From NCBI GenBank assembly GCA_047150005.1, contig AP038806.1, forward strand, positions 2,784,001-2,848,000: a DNA stretch of 64,000 nt, in the 5' to 3' direction. Position 1 is the stretch's first letter; each line of letters opens with the position of its first letter. The translations under genes were made by a program, and so were the position numbers. Source of the stretch: Nitrospira sp. (GTDB lineage: Bacteria; Nitrospirota; Nitrospiria; Nitrospirales; Nitrospiraceae). Below, one piece after another: positions 1 through 9,650 of the stretch. The notes under the pieces were generated by a model that did no database searches, was not told the origin of the DNA, and worked only from the letters and a program-made list of their open reading frames with translations.

Positions 1-957
1 GACGAACTCCTCCAGCGTGCCCAGACCCAGACAGACGGAGCGGACGCTGATCCTTCCGCCTATGAGCATCAGCATGTGAGCGTTGCCGAGCCCGTGAAAG
101 CAGCCGCGCCGCACCGGGTCCGTGAGGGAAGAGCAAAGCGCCCTGAGTTCTTCCGTCGTCTTACCCGCCTGGTAGTGCCTTCGGACTACATGCACCATCT
201 TGTAGCGGGCGCATGCAGCCGGATAAATGTATTGATCGCAGGGATAAAGGAGGCTTTTCGTCGTGGCGTCCTGTGGGTCCCGCTCCGTCACGTATTCCAT
301 GTAGGCGCCGGTCGCGCAGTAGTATGCCATGGCCTGATTGTCGTTCCCCTGGCAGGCCTTGAGGGCTTCCGGAATCTCGTATCCCGCCAGGTTCATGAGC
401 GCGTGGCCGACGCCGTGCGCGCAGTCGCCGGGCGAATAAGACGCGGTCATCACGAGATTGCCCTGACAGAGGTCCTTGATCGCCGGTCCGAGGATGGCCG
501 AATCCATGTGATGGGGAGATGCTCTGCCGATGGTCGTGAAGGCTTCCATCAGGACGCCGTGCATGCATCCCGAGTTACACCGATCCGCGCAGACGCGTAG
601 GCCGATGCCAACGTCGCGGACGCGCGCGAAGATGACTTTCCCGAGGTCATGCGCCTCGGAATGGCACTTCGGCCAGAGGCTCTTGATGCTGTCCAATGCT
701 CCGTTGGCGCCGATTACCGGCAGGAAGATCTCGACGAGTTGCCTGTTATTCTTCCCGACCCGAGAGAGCGCCCGGATGAATTCCGCCCGCTGCTTCTGGG
801 TGCCGCCTGGGTCAACGAAGAGCGGGTGCTGGAACGCCGCCGTCTCCTCCTCTGCGCCACCCATTTCTTCAGCAACAGGAGGCTCCATTGCCAGGCCCTG
901 GGATGAAGAACACAGAAGGAGGAGGACCGAAAGCGAACGTCGCATACATGAGAACAT
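1..957 (-). CDS. Exported Cys/His-repeat hypothetical protein, 3' end runs off the window start
   Basis: Manually translated open frame from ATG 957 (alt. 945) to base 1: MFSCMRRSLSVLLLLCSSSQGLA signal-like N-terminus, motifs CHSEAHDLG, CNSGCMHG, CAHGVGH, CATGAYME, GCFHGLG. Absent from the ORF track because it has no stop in the window. Confidence 0.8.
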   Translation of the reverse strand, partial: MFSCMRRSLSVLLLLCSSSQGLAMEPPVAEEMGGAEEETAAFQHPLFVDPGGTQKQRAEFIRALSRVGKNNRQLVEIFLPVIGANGALDSIKSLWPKCHSEAHDLGKVIFARVRDVGIGLRVCADRCNSGCMHGVLMEAFTTIGRASPHHMDSAILGPAIKDLCQGNLVMTASYSPGDCAHGVGHALMNLAGYEIPEALKACQGNDNQAMAYYCATGAYMEYVTERDPQDATTKSLLYPCDQYIYPAACARYKMVHVVRRHYQAGKTTEELRALCSSLTDPVRRGCFHGLGNAHMLMLIGGRISVRSVCLGLGTLEEFV

Positions 958-971
958 AGGTTGCGGTCCGC

Positions 972-2303
972 TCATGGGCGAGCGTGTGCGGTCATGGGGT
1001 CGAGGGGAAACCGGAGATAGAACGTCGTGCCCACGTTGGGTTCACTCTCCACCCAGATCTTTCCCTTGTGAGCACTGACGACATCTTTGACGATCTTCGT
1101 GCCGAGACCGGTCCCGCCTTTCTTGGTACTGATCGCGTGGGCAGAGAACAGGCGCTCACGGATCTCCGGTAGCATGCCACGCCCTGTGTCGGCAACGGAG
1201 ATTTCAATCCCTTCCTTGTCCTGAGTCAGACAACCACGCACTGTGATCGAGCCGCCCGGCGGAGTTTCAGGAATCGCATTGTTCACCAGATTGTAGAAGG
1301 CGTTATAGAGCCGGCGCTCGTCCGCATGGATCACAGGCAGGGACTTGAGCCCATCGGTCTGTAACACAATCTGTTTTTCCTTCGCCAAGACCAGCAATGT
1401 CTGGAATACCTCTCGGACAACGGCATCCAAACGGCAGGGCGCAAAGTCGGGAGGCGAATTCAAGCCCTTCACGCAGTCGGCCATTTCCTTGACGCGGTCG
1501 TGCAGCCGCCGAATTCCGTTTTGAGCGATCTCCGCCGATTCGTCACAGATCTTCTTGTCGGTCTCGTGCTGAGTCAGCTCAGACATGCTCATGGCGCCGA
1601 ACAGGTCCTTCGTGACGTCCCGCAGCAATTCCATGCCCGTCTGAACCGGCGTCAGCAAATTCTTCAAATCGTGGCCGATATCGCCGAGGAGCGTGACGAC
1701 CTCGGCCTTCCTCGCGTCCTCGAATTGCTTCGCCTGCTGAATGGCCAGCGCGGCAAAGGCGGACACGATGGTCAGGAGTTCCAGATCCTGGTCGTTCGGC
1801 CGGCCTGTCCGTTTATTCAGCACGTTCAGGACGCCGATCGGCGCTCCTCCCCAACGTCGAAGCGGAACCGTGATCATGTCTCGCGTGACGAACCCGGTGT
1901 CCTGATCGATCTGCCGATAGTGGCCGGCGTTGTGACCGACCTCATGTGTAATGCGCGGTTCGCCCGATTGGAACACGGCGCCCGAAATGCCCTGATCCCA
2001 CGCAATCGCCGTCCCCCGCGGAACCGGTTTCGCGCCGATCGAATACTGAAACACCAGTTGCCGCGCTTCTGCGTCGGCTAAAAGAATTGAGCCTGCTTCC
2101 GCCCCGACTTCATCCAGTGCGGTGCGCAGCGTGGTTTCGACCAGCTGATCCAGATCGATCGTGTGGAAGAGCGCTTGGCTGATCCGTTGCACCGCGGCCA
2201 ATTCAGTTTTGTAGTGGATGAGTTCGGAAAGATCGGGTCCAAGTGGGCCGGCCTGGTGGGGTGCTCTAGGCTGCTCGCTGTCGGATCCGGGCGGATGTGT
2301 CAT
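972..2303 (-). CDS. GAF-domain sensor histidine kinase (cytoplasmic)
   Basis: GAF region (GSILL...GISGAVF...TVPL...GVLNVLNK), H-box GHDLKNLL, N box NLVNNA, G boxes DTGRG and GGTGLG; AAGGAG RBS before ATG 2303. Confidence 0.9.
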   Translation of the reverse strand: MTHPPGSDSEQPRAPHQAGPLGPDLSELIHYKTELAAVQRISQALFHTIDLDQLVETTLRTALDEVGAEAGSILLADAEARQLVFQYSIGAKPVPRGTAIAWDQGISGAVFQSGEPRITHEVGHNAGHYRQIDQDTGFVTRDMITVPLRRWGGAPIGVLNVLNKRTGRPNDQDLELLTIVSAFAALAIQQAKQFEDARKAEVVTLLGDIGHDLKNLLTPVQTGMELLRDVTKDLFGAMSMSELTQHETDKKICDESAEIAQNGIRRLHDRVKEMADCVKGLNSPPDFAPCRLDAVVREVFQTLLVLAKEKQIVLQTDGLKSLPVIHADERRLYNAFYNLVNNAIPETPPGGSITVRGCLTQDKEGIEISVADTGRGMLPEIRERLFSAHAISTKKGGTGLGTKIVKDVVSAHKGKIWVESEPNVGTTFYLRFPLDPMTAHARP

Positions 2304-2392
2304 AGACAGCTCCTTATGCGTGCCTCGAACCCATCTTCGTCGAGTGGCGCATAGGAGTGACGCATTGTAAGGACATGCAGCCTCAAAAGCAG

Positions 2393-2427
2393 TCCCCTCA
2401 TTCGTGGGGAGCCTCAAGTGTAGGGAT
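2393..2427. promoter_or_regulatory. Tandem 16-bp operator-like box, copy 1
   Basis: TCCCCTCATTCGTGGGGAG-CCTCAAGTGTAGGGAT; first 21 bp identical to 2547-2567. Confidence 0.55.
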
Positions 2428-2546
2428 TTGAGGCTTTGACGAAGCTTCCACTCGAGGTTTCCCGGTCAAGACCACCCGCTCGACCGCCTATCCCCCGTCG
2501 GCAGCAAGCGGCGGCGCACCAGGAACAGATTCGCGAGTGCGGATAC

Positions 2547-2581
2547 TCCCCTCATTCGTGGGGAGCCCCGTCTGTGGGGAT
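2547..2581. promoter_or_regulatory. Tandem 16-bp operator-like box, copy 2
   Basis: TCCCCTCATTCGTGGGGAG-CCCCGTCTGTGGGGAT, about 80 bp upstream of the 2660 start. Confidence 0.55.
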
Positions 2582-2659
2582 TGTCTGGGAATAAGATAAG
2601 GGGCATAAAACGGCGCGGGAAGCTGCTTTTGCGTATTGTGGATCAATAAGGAGGTCGTG

Positions 2660-4033
2660 ATGAAAAAGCTAGGTGGGCTAGTGTGTCTATGCAGCATCTT
2701 GCTCGTTGGAACGATGTTGGTGCCGATTCTTTCTGAGGCGGCCCCCTCACTCACGATAAACAACACTGGCGGCACCGGTAGTACAACTCTCACAGTAGGG
2801 AATGGCTTGGAACTGAACGGAGCGAACTGCCTCGGTGGTGATGGTGTGACTCACTGTTACACGATCACCGGTACCGCCGGTACGGGCCGGACCATCAACG
2901 ACTGGAAGCTGGCCGACGTTTCTTCAACAAACAGGGCCAGAATTTTGATCAACGATAAGAACACAAGTGGCGCTGTGGATTCCGTGAAATTAACCGGTAT
3001 TAAGATAACCCCGGTGCTCACTGGCACGACGAGTGTGAGCATAGTCATTAACAATACTTTCAATGTTACCACTCCACAAGGCCTTCCAAGGGGTAATCTT
3101 GTATGGGGCATGTCACAGAACGGGTATTTCGATCCTCTTTCTACTACTGACTCCGCGAACGGTAATAGGCTGATAAACAATGCCGATGCAACTGTCACTC
3201 CGTTTGTGAACTTGGGGAAGATAGATACCGGGGTAATCGCAAATGCCCTTACCAATGTCAATAAATCCGTGACTTCGACCTTGAGTGCTACTACACGCTA
3301 TGTTGATTGCAATACCAACGCCAGTGGAAGATGCATTCCAAGTGTCACGGCAAAGTACTCAATCAGCATTACCGGTGGAGACACGTTGGTCCTGAACGAC
3401 AGCTTCATCGCCGCGTTTGGAACCTGTCGCGAGAACGACGATCCTCCCCCGAACGATTCTACCGATCCTACGTCTCCTCCTACCACCGTCCCCAACGGCC
3501 CTCCTGACCCACTTCCGCCTGGTCCGGTCTGTAAGGGAATGGAGAGTAAGGTGAACACCGAACTTAATAATGACGTGAAGGATGCATTGAAAGCCGCGAA
3601 GGCGGCTGGCGCGACGCCGGCGGAAAAGTGCACGAGCGCGTGCGGCAATGGCACCGTCGTAATCATCAAGCAGGTGGATTCGGGCGACCCCGACGGCACG
3701 TTCGGCTTCACGGCAAACGGTGACGATATACCTGGCGCTTTCGATATCACCACCAGTGGGGGGGTAGGGAGTCAGACCTTCCTCAAGGTCTCCACAGGCC
3801 CGCTCGCTGGTGCGCGGACGATTACTGAAAGCGTTGTGCCACTGCTTCCCGATCCAGGTGATTTCTGGGATCTATATGATATCTCATGCTCAAACACGGG
3901 TGGAGAAAATTCTACGATGTACACCCTTAATCGTGATGATGGAGAATCGCTGATCGGTGTTACGATCAACAACCTGGATGATAACGACACCTTGAGTTGT
4001 ACCTTCAGCAACCGCGTCGCTGGCGTTGACTGA
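2660..4033 (+). CDS. Secreted Thr/Asn/Cys-rich surface protein with Pro-rich linker and C-terminal CnaB/SpaA-like Ig fold
   Basis: AAGGAGG RBS, signal peptide MKKLGGLVCLCSILLVGTMLVPILSEA, linker DDPPPNDSTDPTSPP, C-terminal VIIKQV...TFGFT...TITE...W..ISC...CTFSN pattern. Confidence 0.7.
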   Translation: MKKLGGLVCLCSILLVGTMLVPILSEAAPSLTINNTGGTGSTTLTVGNGLELNGANCLGGDGVTHCYTITGTAGTGRTINDWKLADVSSTNRARILINDKNTSGAVDSVKLTGIKITPVLTGTTSVSIVINNTFNVTTPQGLPRGNLVWGMSQNGYFDPLSTTDSANGNRLINNADATVTPFVNLGKIDTGVIANALTNVNKSVTSTLSATTRYVDCNTNASGRCIPSVTAKYSISITGGDTLVLNDSFIAAFGTCRENDDPPPNDSTDPTSPPTTVPNGPPDPLPPGPVCKGMESKVNTELNNDVKDALKAAKAAGATPAEKCTSACGNGTVVIIKQVDSGDPDGTFGFTANGDDIPGAFDITTSGGVGSQTFLKVSTGPLAGARTITESVVPLLPDPGDFWDLYDISCSNTGGENSTMYTLNRDDGESLIGVTINNLDDNDTLSCTFSNRVAGVD

Positions 4034-4212
4034 AGGCTAAGTTGGTATTGCCGAATGCTCTTGCCTGGTGAAACCGTCTGGCCGCCATCTCAACCGGACT
4101 CTTCGCTTTCGGCGAAGAGTCCGGTTCGATCTCAAGGCGAGTGTTTTGCGTTCCGTTGGGAAGGAACGGCAGATTCTTGGACTGCTCCGCTCTTTCATGA
4201 ACGGGAGGAGAT

Positions 4213-7200
4213 ATGGATGCCATCACCACGGGCCAGGCGGTTTCTATAAGGCAGGCCTTTCGATTCGCCCTTCTCCCGATACTCGCGCTGTTCTTGATTG
4301 CGCCGTCAAGTGGCCATGCGCAGGTTCCGACAAACATCACTCCGACAACCGGCGCAGGTAATCTCGGAACCTCGGTCAATCAGGTCGGCAATTCCTTCAA
4401 CATTACCGGAGGGACGAGACCGGGCGGTGGACCAAATTTATTTCATAGCTTCGCGAACTTCAGTGTCGGAGTTGGTGACGTGGGCAACTTCTTGAATACC
4501 ACTCCCAATATAGCGACCTCCAATATCCTTGGCCGGGTGACGGGCGGAAACATCTCGAACATCTTTGGCACGATTCAAACTGCCAGCTATCCAAACGCCA
4601 ATCTGTTTCTGATGAATCCATCCGGCTTTGTCTTTGGACCGACAGCCTCGCTGAATGTCGGTGGTTCAGTCAGTTTCACCACCGCACAGTACATTCGTTT
4701 GATGGACGCGTTGGGGACGAGTGCAAACTTTTACGCCAACCCAGCTAGTGACGGCTTGGCCAACAGCATTCTCACGATCAACGCTTCGGCGTTTGAATTT
4801 CTTTCGGCGTCACCGGCTGCCTATGGGTTTTTGAGCGCGCCTGATCCGAATGCAACGATCACGGTCCAGGGGAGCGCCTTGTCCGTTCCCTCAGGTCAAT
4901 CGATCTCTATCGTTGGTGGCGATATCTTGATTCAAGCCGGCTCACTCGACAATGGGACTCCTCAGGCGGCAATACTCTCGGCCCCCAGCGGGCGCATCAA
5001 CTTGGCCAGTGTGGCATCCGCCGGGGAGGTCCTTTACCCGAACCTGCAGTTTGGCCTGAACGTCAGCGGCGGAAATATTGCCATCTCACAAGGAGCGATC
5101 CTTGACGTCAGCGGTAGTGAAAATGTCGGTTCGGGAGTCGTAGTGATCCGCGGTGGCCAACTGACAATCGATCAATCGTCGATCATCGCGAACACTGTGG
5201 ACGGAGATGCGGCGAATCCTGGGATCGATATTCAAGTCTCAGAGAATCTCTCGCTCATTAACGGCACGATGATCAGCTCTTCCACGTCTGGGGCAGGCCG
5301 CAGCGCTGATATAGCAATCGTTGCAGGGACTGCCCAGATGGATGGTGCTCTTATCACCAGTGGGACTACTGGAAACGGCAATGGAGGGAATATCACGCTC
5401 GATGCGACGACACTAACGCTTACCAATGGAGGGACCATTTTCAGCTCAGCCTTTGGGCTGGGCGGTGGAGGGAAATTAGAGCTTAACGCAGGCAAGCTGA
5501 CCATGGACACTGGCGCGCAGATCGTGACGGCAAATGGGGACGGTGTTGGAGGAGATATAGTTCTAAACGTGGGAACGGCAAGTTTCATGGGTGGTTCCTC
5601 AATCCTGAGCCAGAGTCAGAGTCCCACGGCGTCAGGTCATGGCGGGAATGTGACTATCCGAGGGTTGCAAGGATCGGGCAGCGCGGCGGAGTCGGTTGGA
5701 TTCTCGGGCGACAGCTTCTTGTCGAGTGAGTCACAGCTAACCGGTGGTGGGGGTGCAGTGACCATCACTTCCAACTCGTTGAAGATGGATGGATCCTCTA
5801 CCCTCATTAAGTCGTCGGCAAATGATGTGGGTAGTGGAGGAAACATCGAACTGAACGTCCAGCACGCCAATCTCTCAGGCGGCGCGACCATTCAAGCTTT
5901 TACCGGTAGTGGGGAGCTCAATGCTCAACCGGGCCCCACGCTCACAATCCATGGAGTGCAGGCAGGAAGCAAGGCGGAGTCTGTGGTCCTATCAGGATCC
6001 GGCTCCGGCCTCATCTCCGATAGCTTCGGCACCATCACGGCACGTGCTGGGGATGTGGCGGTCCATGCCAAGACAATCAGCTTGACTGACGGGGCCGTGA
6101 TCCGAGCCGGAACTCCGAGCACCTCATCGGCCGGCGGAAATGTGACTCTCGATGCCAACTCGGTCGATATCTCCAGCGGAAGCCTCCTTTCAAGCCAGTC
6201 AAGCCAATTAGATGCCGGTAAGGTAACCATCACGACAAAAACGCTTACTCTAAACAATGCTTCCATCACGACCCAGAGTACCAGCGAAGGAAAAGGCGGT
6301 GACGTGGTGTTGCAGGTAGGAAGTGCGAGCCTCTCAAATGGAGCCACGATTAATAGCAGCACCACTGGGACGGGCCGAGCAGGCGATGTTCTGATCACTG
6401 CAGGTCAGTCGGTTACCTTAGACAGCAGTTCGAGCATTTCGGCAAACACGATAGGGCAAGGCAATGCAGGCAATGTGCAGATAAATGCTGGAACAGTCAC
6501 GGTGGCAAACGGGAGCCAAATTAATACATCCGCGAGCATCCCTGAAGGCTTCTCTGGTCAACCAAGCGATCTGACCGGTAATGCAGGGAGTATTGAAATC
6601 ACGACCACCGGCGGTTCGGTTGTCGTTTCCAATGGTGGAACGATAGCGAGTTCGTCACAAACGGGTGGCAACGCCGGTCAGGTAATTGTCACGACGCCCT
6701 CCTTGACGCTGGACCACGGCAGCATCACGACCAACACAAGCGGCAGCGGCAATGCGGGCAGCATCACAGCAAACGTGGGCTCGCTGGCGCTCACGAACGG
6801 GGCGGAGATTTCCAGTAACAGCACGGGGACAGCGACTGGAGCCGCTGGCAGCGTGACGATTCAAGGGGTGGCTTCGCCGGCCAATGCCGTGACGGTGACA
6901 GATAGTTCGATTTTGACCAGTGCTTCGAATACAGGGCAAGGCGGCAGCATTACTGTGGATGCCACGAATCTCTCGCTGAACAACGCGACGATGTCGGCGT
7001 CAGTGAACAACTTTGATCACTCGCCAGGCTCGTCAGATAGTGCCACGACTGGGCTCGCCAATATAAACCTGACCGCCTCCACTATGACTATGACAGGCAG
7101 TACGATCACAACCCAGTCGTCTGGTTTGCGCAACGCCGGCGATGTCCTGATCAACCCCAATGTGCCCGGTAGCAGTCTTGAGATGCAGAACAGCACGATC

Positions 7201-7830
7201 AACACTTCGGCCTCCTTCTCGGACGGCGGAAACATCGAGATCAATGTCACTAACATGTTTCAAATGACAAATAGCATTGTCACCTCGTCGGTCGGCAATC
7301 CCACGAAGACCGATACCATAGGCGGGAATATTACGATCGATCCCCAAAATGTAATTATGCAGAACAGCCAAATCATCGCCCAGGCCTTCGCCGGCACCGG
7401 CGGAAACATCAGCATCACCTCCAATGTATTTCTTGCGGACCCCAGCAGCGTGGTCGATGCATCATCCACGCTCGGCATCAGCGGGACCGTGGATATCCGC
7501 TCGCCGGTGAGTAATATCTCCGGCGTCATCGGGCGGTTGCCTGAATCGGTGTTGGCGGCACAGGCGTTGCTGCGGGCTGCCTGTGCAGCCAGACTCGCCG
7601 AGTCAAAGGTGAGCAGTTTCGTCGAGCGGGGACGAGATCACATTCCTGTAGGCCCCGAGGGCCTGCTCGCCACGCCGTATGTGCCGGCTGCTTCCGAGCC
7701 AACAATGCGGATGGGCGCTGCGTCGTTACGGCTCGAAGACACTTCCGGAATCCAGCTACGTCGTCGGATGGGGCAGGATCTCACTCCTCGCGTGCACATG
7801 TTGTCGGGTGATGCTGCCTGTCAATCATGA
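4213..7830 (+). CDS. Filamentous haemagglutinin-family two-partner secretion exoprotein (TpsA)
   Basis: Signal peptide, TPS domain motifs NLFHSF and NLFLMNPSGFVFG, G/S/T/N-rich beta-helix repeats (GNGGNITL, GNAGSI), C-terminal SSFVERGRDHIP. Confidence 0.9.
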   Translation: MDAITTGQAVSIRQAFRFALLPILALFLIAPSSGHAQVPTNITPTTGAGNLGTSVNQVGNSFNITGGTRPGGGPNLFHSFANFSVGVGDVGNFLNTTPNIATSNILGRVTGGNISNIFGTIQTASYPNANLFLMNPSGFVFGPTASLNVGGSVSFTTAQYIRLMDALGTSANFYANPASDGLANSILTINASAFEFLSASPAAYGFLSAPDPNATITVQGSALSVPSGQSISIVGGDILIQAGSLDNGTPQAAILSAPSGRINLASVASAGEVLYPNLQFGLNVSGGNIAISQGAILDVSGSENVGSGVVVIRGGQLTIDQSSIIANTVDGDAANPGIDIQVSENLSLINGTMISSSTSGAGRSADIAIVAGTAQMDGALITSGTTGNGNGGNITLDATTLTLTNGGTIFSSAFGLGGGGKLELNAGKLTMDTGAQIVTANGDGVGGDIVLNVGTASFMGGSSILSQSQSPTASGHGGNVTIRGLQGSGSAAESVGFSGDSFLSSESQLTGGGGAVTITSNSLKMDGSSTLIKSSANDVGSGGNIELNVQHANLSGGATIQAFTGSGELNAQPGPTLTIHGVQAGSKAESVVLSGSGSGLISDSFGTITARAGDVAVHAKTISLTDGAVIRAGTPSTSSAGGNVTLDANSVDISSGSLLSSQSSQLDAGKVTITTKTLTLNNASITTQSTSEGKGGDVVLQVGSASLSNGATINSSTTGTGRAGDVLITAGQSVTLDSSSSISANTIGQGNAGNVQINAGTVTVANGSQINTSASIPEGFSGQPSDLTGNAGSIEITTTGGSVVVSNGGTIASSSQTGGNAGQVIVTTPSLTLDHGSITTNTSGSGNAGSITANVGSLALTNGAEISSNSTGTATGAAGSVTIQGVASPANAVTVTDSSILTSASNTGQGGSITVDATNLSLNNATMSASVNNFDHSPGSSDSATTGLANINLTASTMTMTGSTITTQSSGLRNAGDVLINPNVPGSSLEMQNSTINTSASFSDGGNIEINVTNMFQMTNSIVTSSVGNPTKTDTIGGNITIDPQNVIMQNSQIIAQAFAGTGGNISITSNVFLADPSSVVDASSTLGISGTVDIRSPVSNISGVIGRLPESVLAAQALLRAACAARLAESKVSSFVERGRDHIPVGPEGLLATPYVPAASEPTMRMGAASLRLEDTSGIQLRRRMGQDLTPRVHMLSGDAACQS

Positions 7831-9635
7831 ACTGGCGAAGAACAAGGAGTCTCCGGCAATTACCGGCCGCTTCCTTGATTGTGTGGCCGTTGACTTGGAT
7901 CGGAGGCGGACTCGTGCTCATGACGCTCATGGCGGAGCCGCTTCACGCGCAAGTGCCATTGCCTCCGATCTTCGATCCCGGCGGCCGTTCAAAAGAAGGC
8001 CTTCCTCTGAGACGTGAAGAGCCGCTGAAACCAAAACCTGCTCCCCTGGAGCCCACGAAGCCCACCCCGCCGTCTGAAACACAAGGGCGCCTCCCGCCCG
8101 TGCGCGTATTCGTCCGCGAATACCAGTTCAGCGGCCACTCAGTGTTTACGATCGATGAATTGCAATCTGTGGCTGCTCCGTATGTGAACCGGCAAGTCAC
8201 GACTGAAGATCTGGAAAGTCTGCGCAATGCGGTGACGTTGCTCTACATCCAACGTGGCTATGTCACATCCGGGGCCATTCTCCCCGATCAGGCTGTGACG
8301 GACGGTGTAATCCTGATTCAGATCATCGAAGGGAAATTGAGTGAGATCAACATTGAAGGGGCACGGTGGTTGTGGCCGAGCTATTATCAACGCCGGCTTG
8401 CTCTCAGCGCCGGGCCACCTGTCAACATTTACAATTTGCAGGAACGCCTGCAGCTCCTCCAACAAGACTCTCGGATCCAGCGTATCAATGCGGAACTGCG
8501 TCGTGGCGCGGTGACCGGCGAGAGCGAGCTGAACGTGCGCGTATCCGAATATCGCCCCTTCAAGGCCTGGCTGGACTTCAATAATTATCAGCCGCCGGCG
8601 GTTCGGGGCGAACGAGGTTTGGCGACGGTAGCACACGATAGTTTGACGGGGAACGGTGACCGGTTTCAGTTCACGTACGGGCAGTCACTTGCAGTCAATC
8701 AACCGATCGGTGTCTTCCCCTTGATCAATACCTCCTACATTGTGCCGTTCACACCCTATGACACTACGTTTACCGCAGGCTACCGCCGCACGAATTTTCA
8801 GGTGGTCACGCAGCCGTTTGAACCGCTCGATATCGAGGGCGCCATCGAAATTTTTACCTTCACGCTGCAACAACCGGTGTATCGCACGCTCAACCATCAG
8901 GTAAATGTGGGCGTGCAAGGTGAATATCTCTATAACAAGAATACCCTGCTGGGCCAACCGTTCGATTTCTTCGCCGGCTATCAGAACGGTGTGGCGAACG
9001 TCGCCGCGTTGCGCTTCCTTCAGGACTGGACGTATCGATCCCAGGACACTGTGGTCGGGGCTCGATCGCGTTTTTCTGTCGGATTGAATGTCTTGGATGC
9101 CACGATCAATTCTGGTCCGGTTCCCGATGGACAATTCTTCTCTTGGCTGGGACAATTTCAGGCGCTGCGCCGCTACGAGGAATGGGCGGGAACGCAACTG
9201 CTTGGCCGCATCGATATGCAATTCGCCAACGATCGGCTGTTTCCGCTCGAGCAGGTTCCCGTGGGTGGTCGATACAGTGTGCGAGGTTATCGTGAAATCA
9301 GTTTGCTGCGTGATGATGCCTTTTTGTTTTCGATCGAGTCGCGCCTACCGATTTCTCGCTGGGTATGGGATAAACGCGAAGATTTGTTGCAACTGGCTCC
9401 CTTCATCGATTATGCGCGAGCATGGGCCGCCAAGGGCGAGACCCCGGATCCGGTGAGCCTGTTGAGCGCTGGAGCGGGTTTACGAACGGGCTTCCTGCCG
9501 AACGATCGCGGATACTTTGAAGTCTATTGGGGCTACCGAATCAGAGGCTCCGGCACGAACAACCCTCCGTATAACGTCACCGGCAATCTGCAAGATCATG
9601 GCGTGCACTTGCAACTCGTGCTGCAGGTACTGTAG
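7827..9635 (+). CDS. ShlB/FhaC/HecB-family outer-membrane transporter (TpsB)
   Basis: POTRA (YIQRGYVTS...IIEG), conserved GGRYSVRGY motif, C-terminal barrel strands; ATGA overlap with TpsA stop. Confidence 0.9.
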   Translation: MNWRRTRSLRQLPAASLIVWPLTWIGGGLVLMTLMAEPLHAQVPLPPIFDPGGRSKEGLPLRREEPLKPKPAPLEPTKPTPPSETQGRLPPVRVFVREYQFSGHSVFTIDELQSVAAPYVNRQVTTEDLESLRNAVTLLYIQRGYVTSGAILPDQAVTDGVILIQIIEGKLSEINIEGARWLWPSYYQRRLALSAGPPVNIYNLQERLQLLQQDSRIQRINAELRRGAVTGESELNVRVSEYRPFKAWLDFNNYQPPAVRGERGLATVAHDSLTGNGDRFQFTYGQSLAVNQPIGVFPLINTSYIVPFTPYDTTFTAGYRRTNFQVVTQPFEPLDIEGAIEIFTFTLQQPVYRTLNHQVNVGVQGEYLYNKNTLLGQPFDFFAGYQNGVANVAALRFLQDWTYRSQDTVVGARSRFSVGLNVLDATINSGPVPDGQFFSWLGQFQALRRYEEWAGTQLLGRIDMQFANDRLFPLEQVPVGGRYSVRGYREISLLRDDAFLFSIESRLPISRWVWDKREDLLQLAPFIDYARAWAAKGETPDPVSLLSAGAGLRTGFLPNDRGYFEVYWGYRIRGSGTNNPPYNVTGNLQDHGVHLQLVLQVL

Positions 9636-9650
9636 CCGGAGGATCGTCAC

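Noticed and set aside
161..1078. ORF-track calls at 76-600, 161-568, 530-1078 and 649-906
   Set aside because: They overlap the more convincing minus-strand frame 957 to 1, which has a signal peptide and repeated motifs.
2393..2567. 21-bp direct repeat as a mini-CRISPR or att site
   Set aside because: Only two copies 154 bp apart, no cas or integrase gene; fits an operator motif that recurs at 15260.
4041..4060. Sigma54 promoter upstream of tpsA (TGGTAT...TGC)
   Set aside because: GG-to-GC spacing is one base off the strict -24/-12 requirement.
4213..7830. TpsA as a contact-dependent inhibition toxin (CdiA)
   Set aside because: No VENN/ELYN motif, no C-terminal toxin domain, no small immunity gene; short for CdiA.
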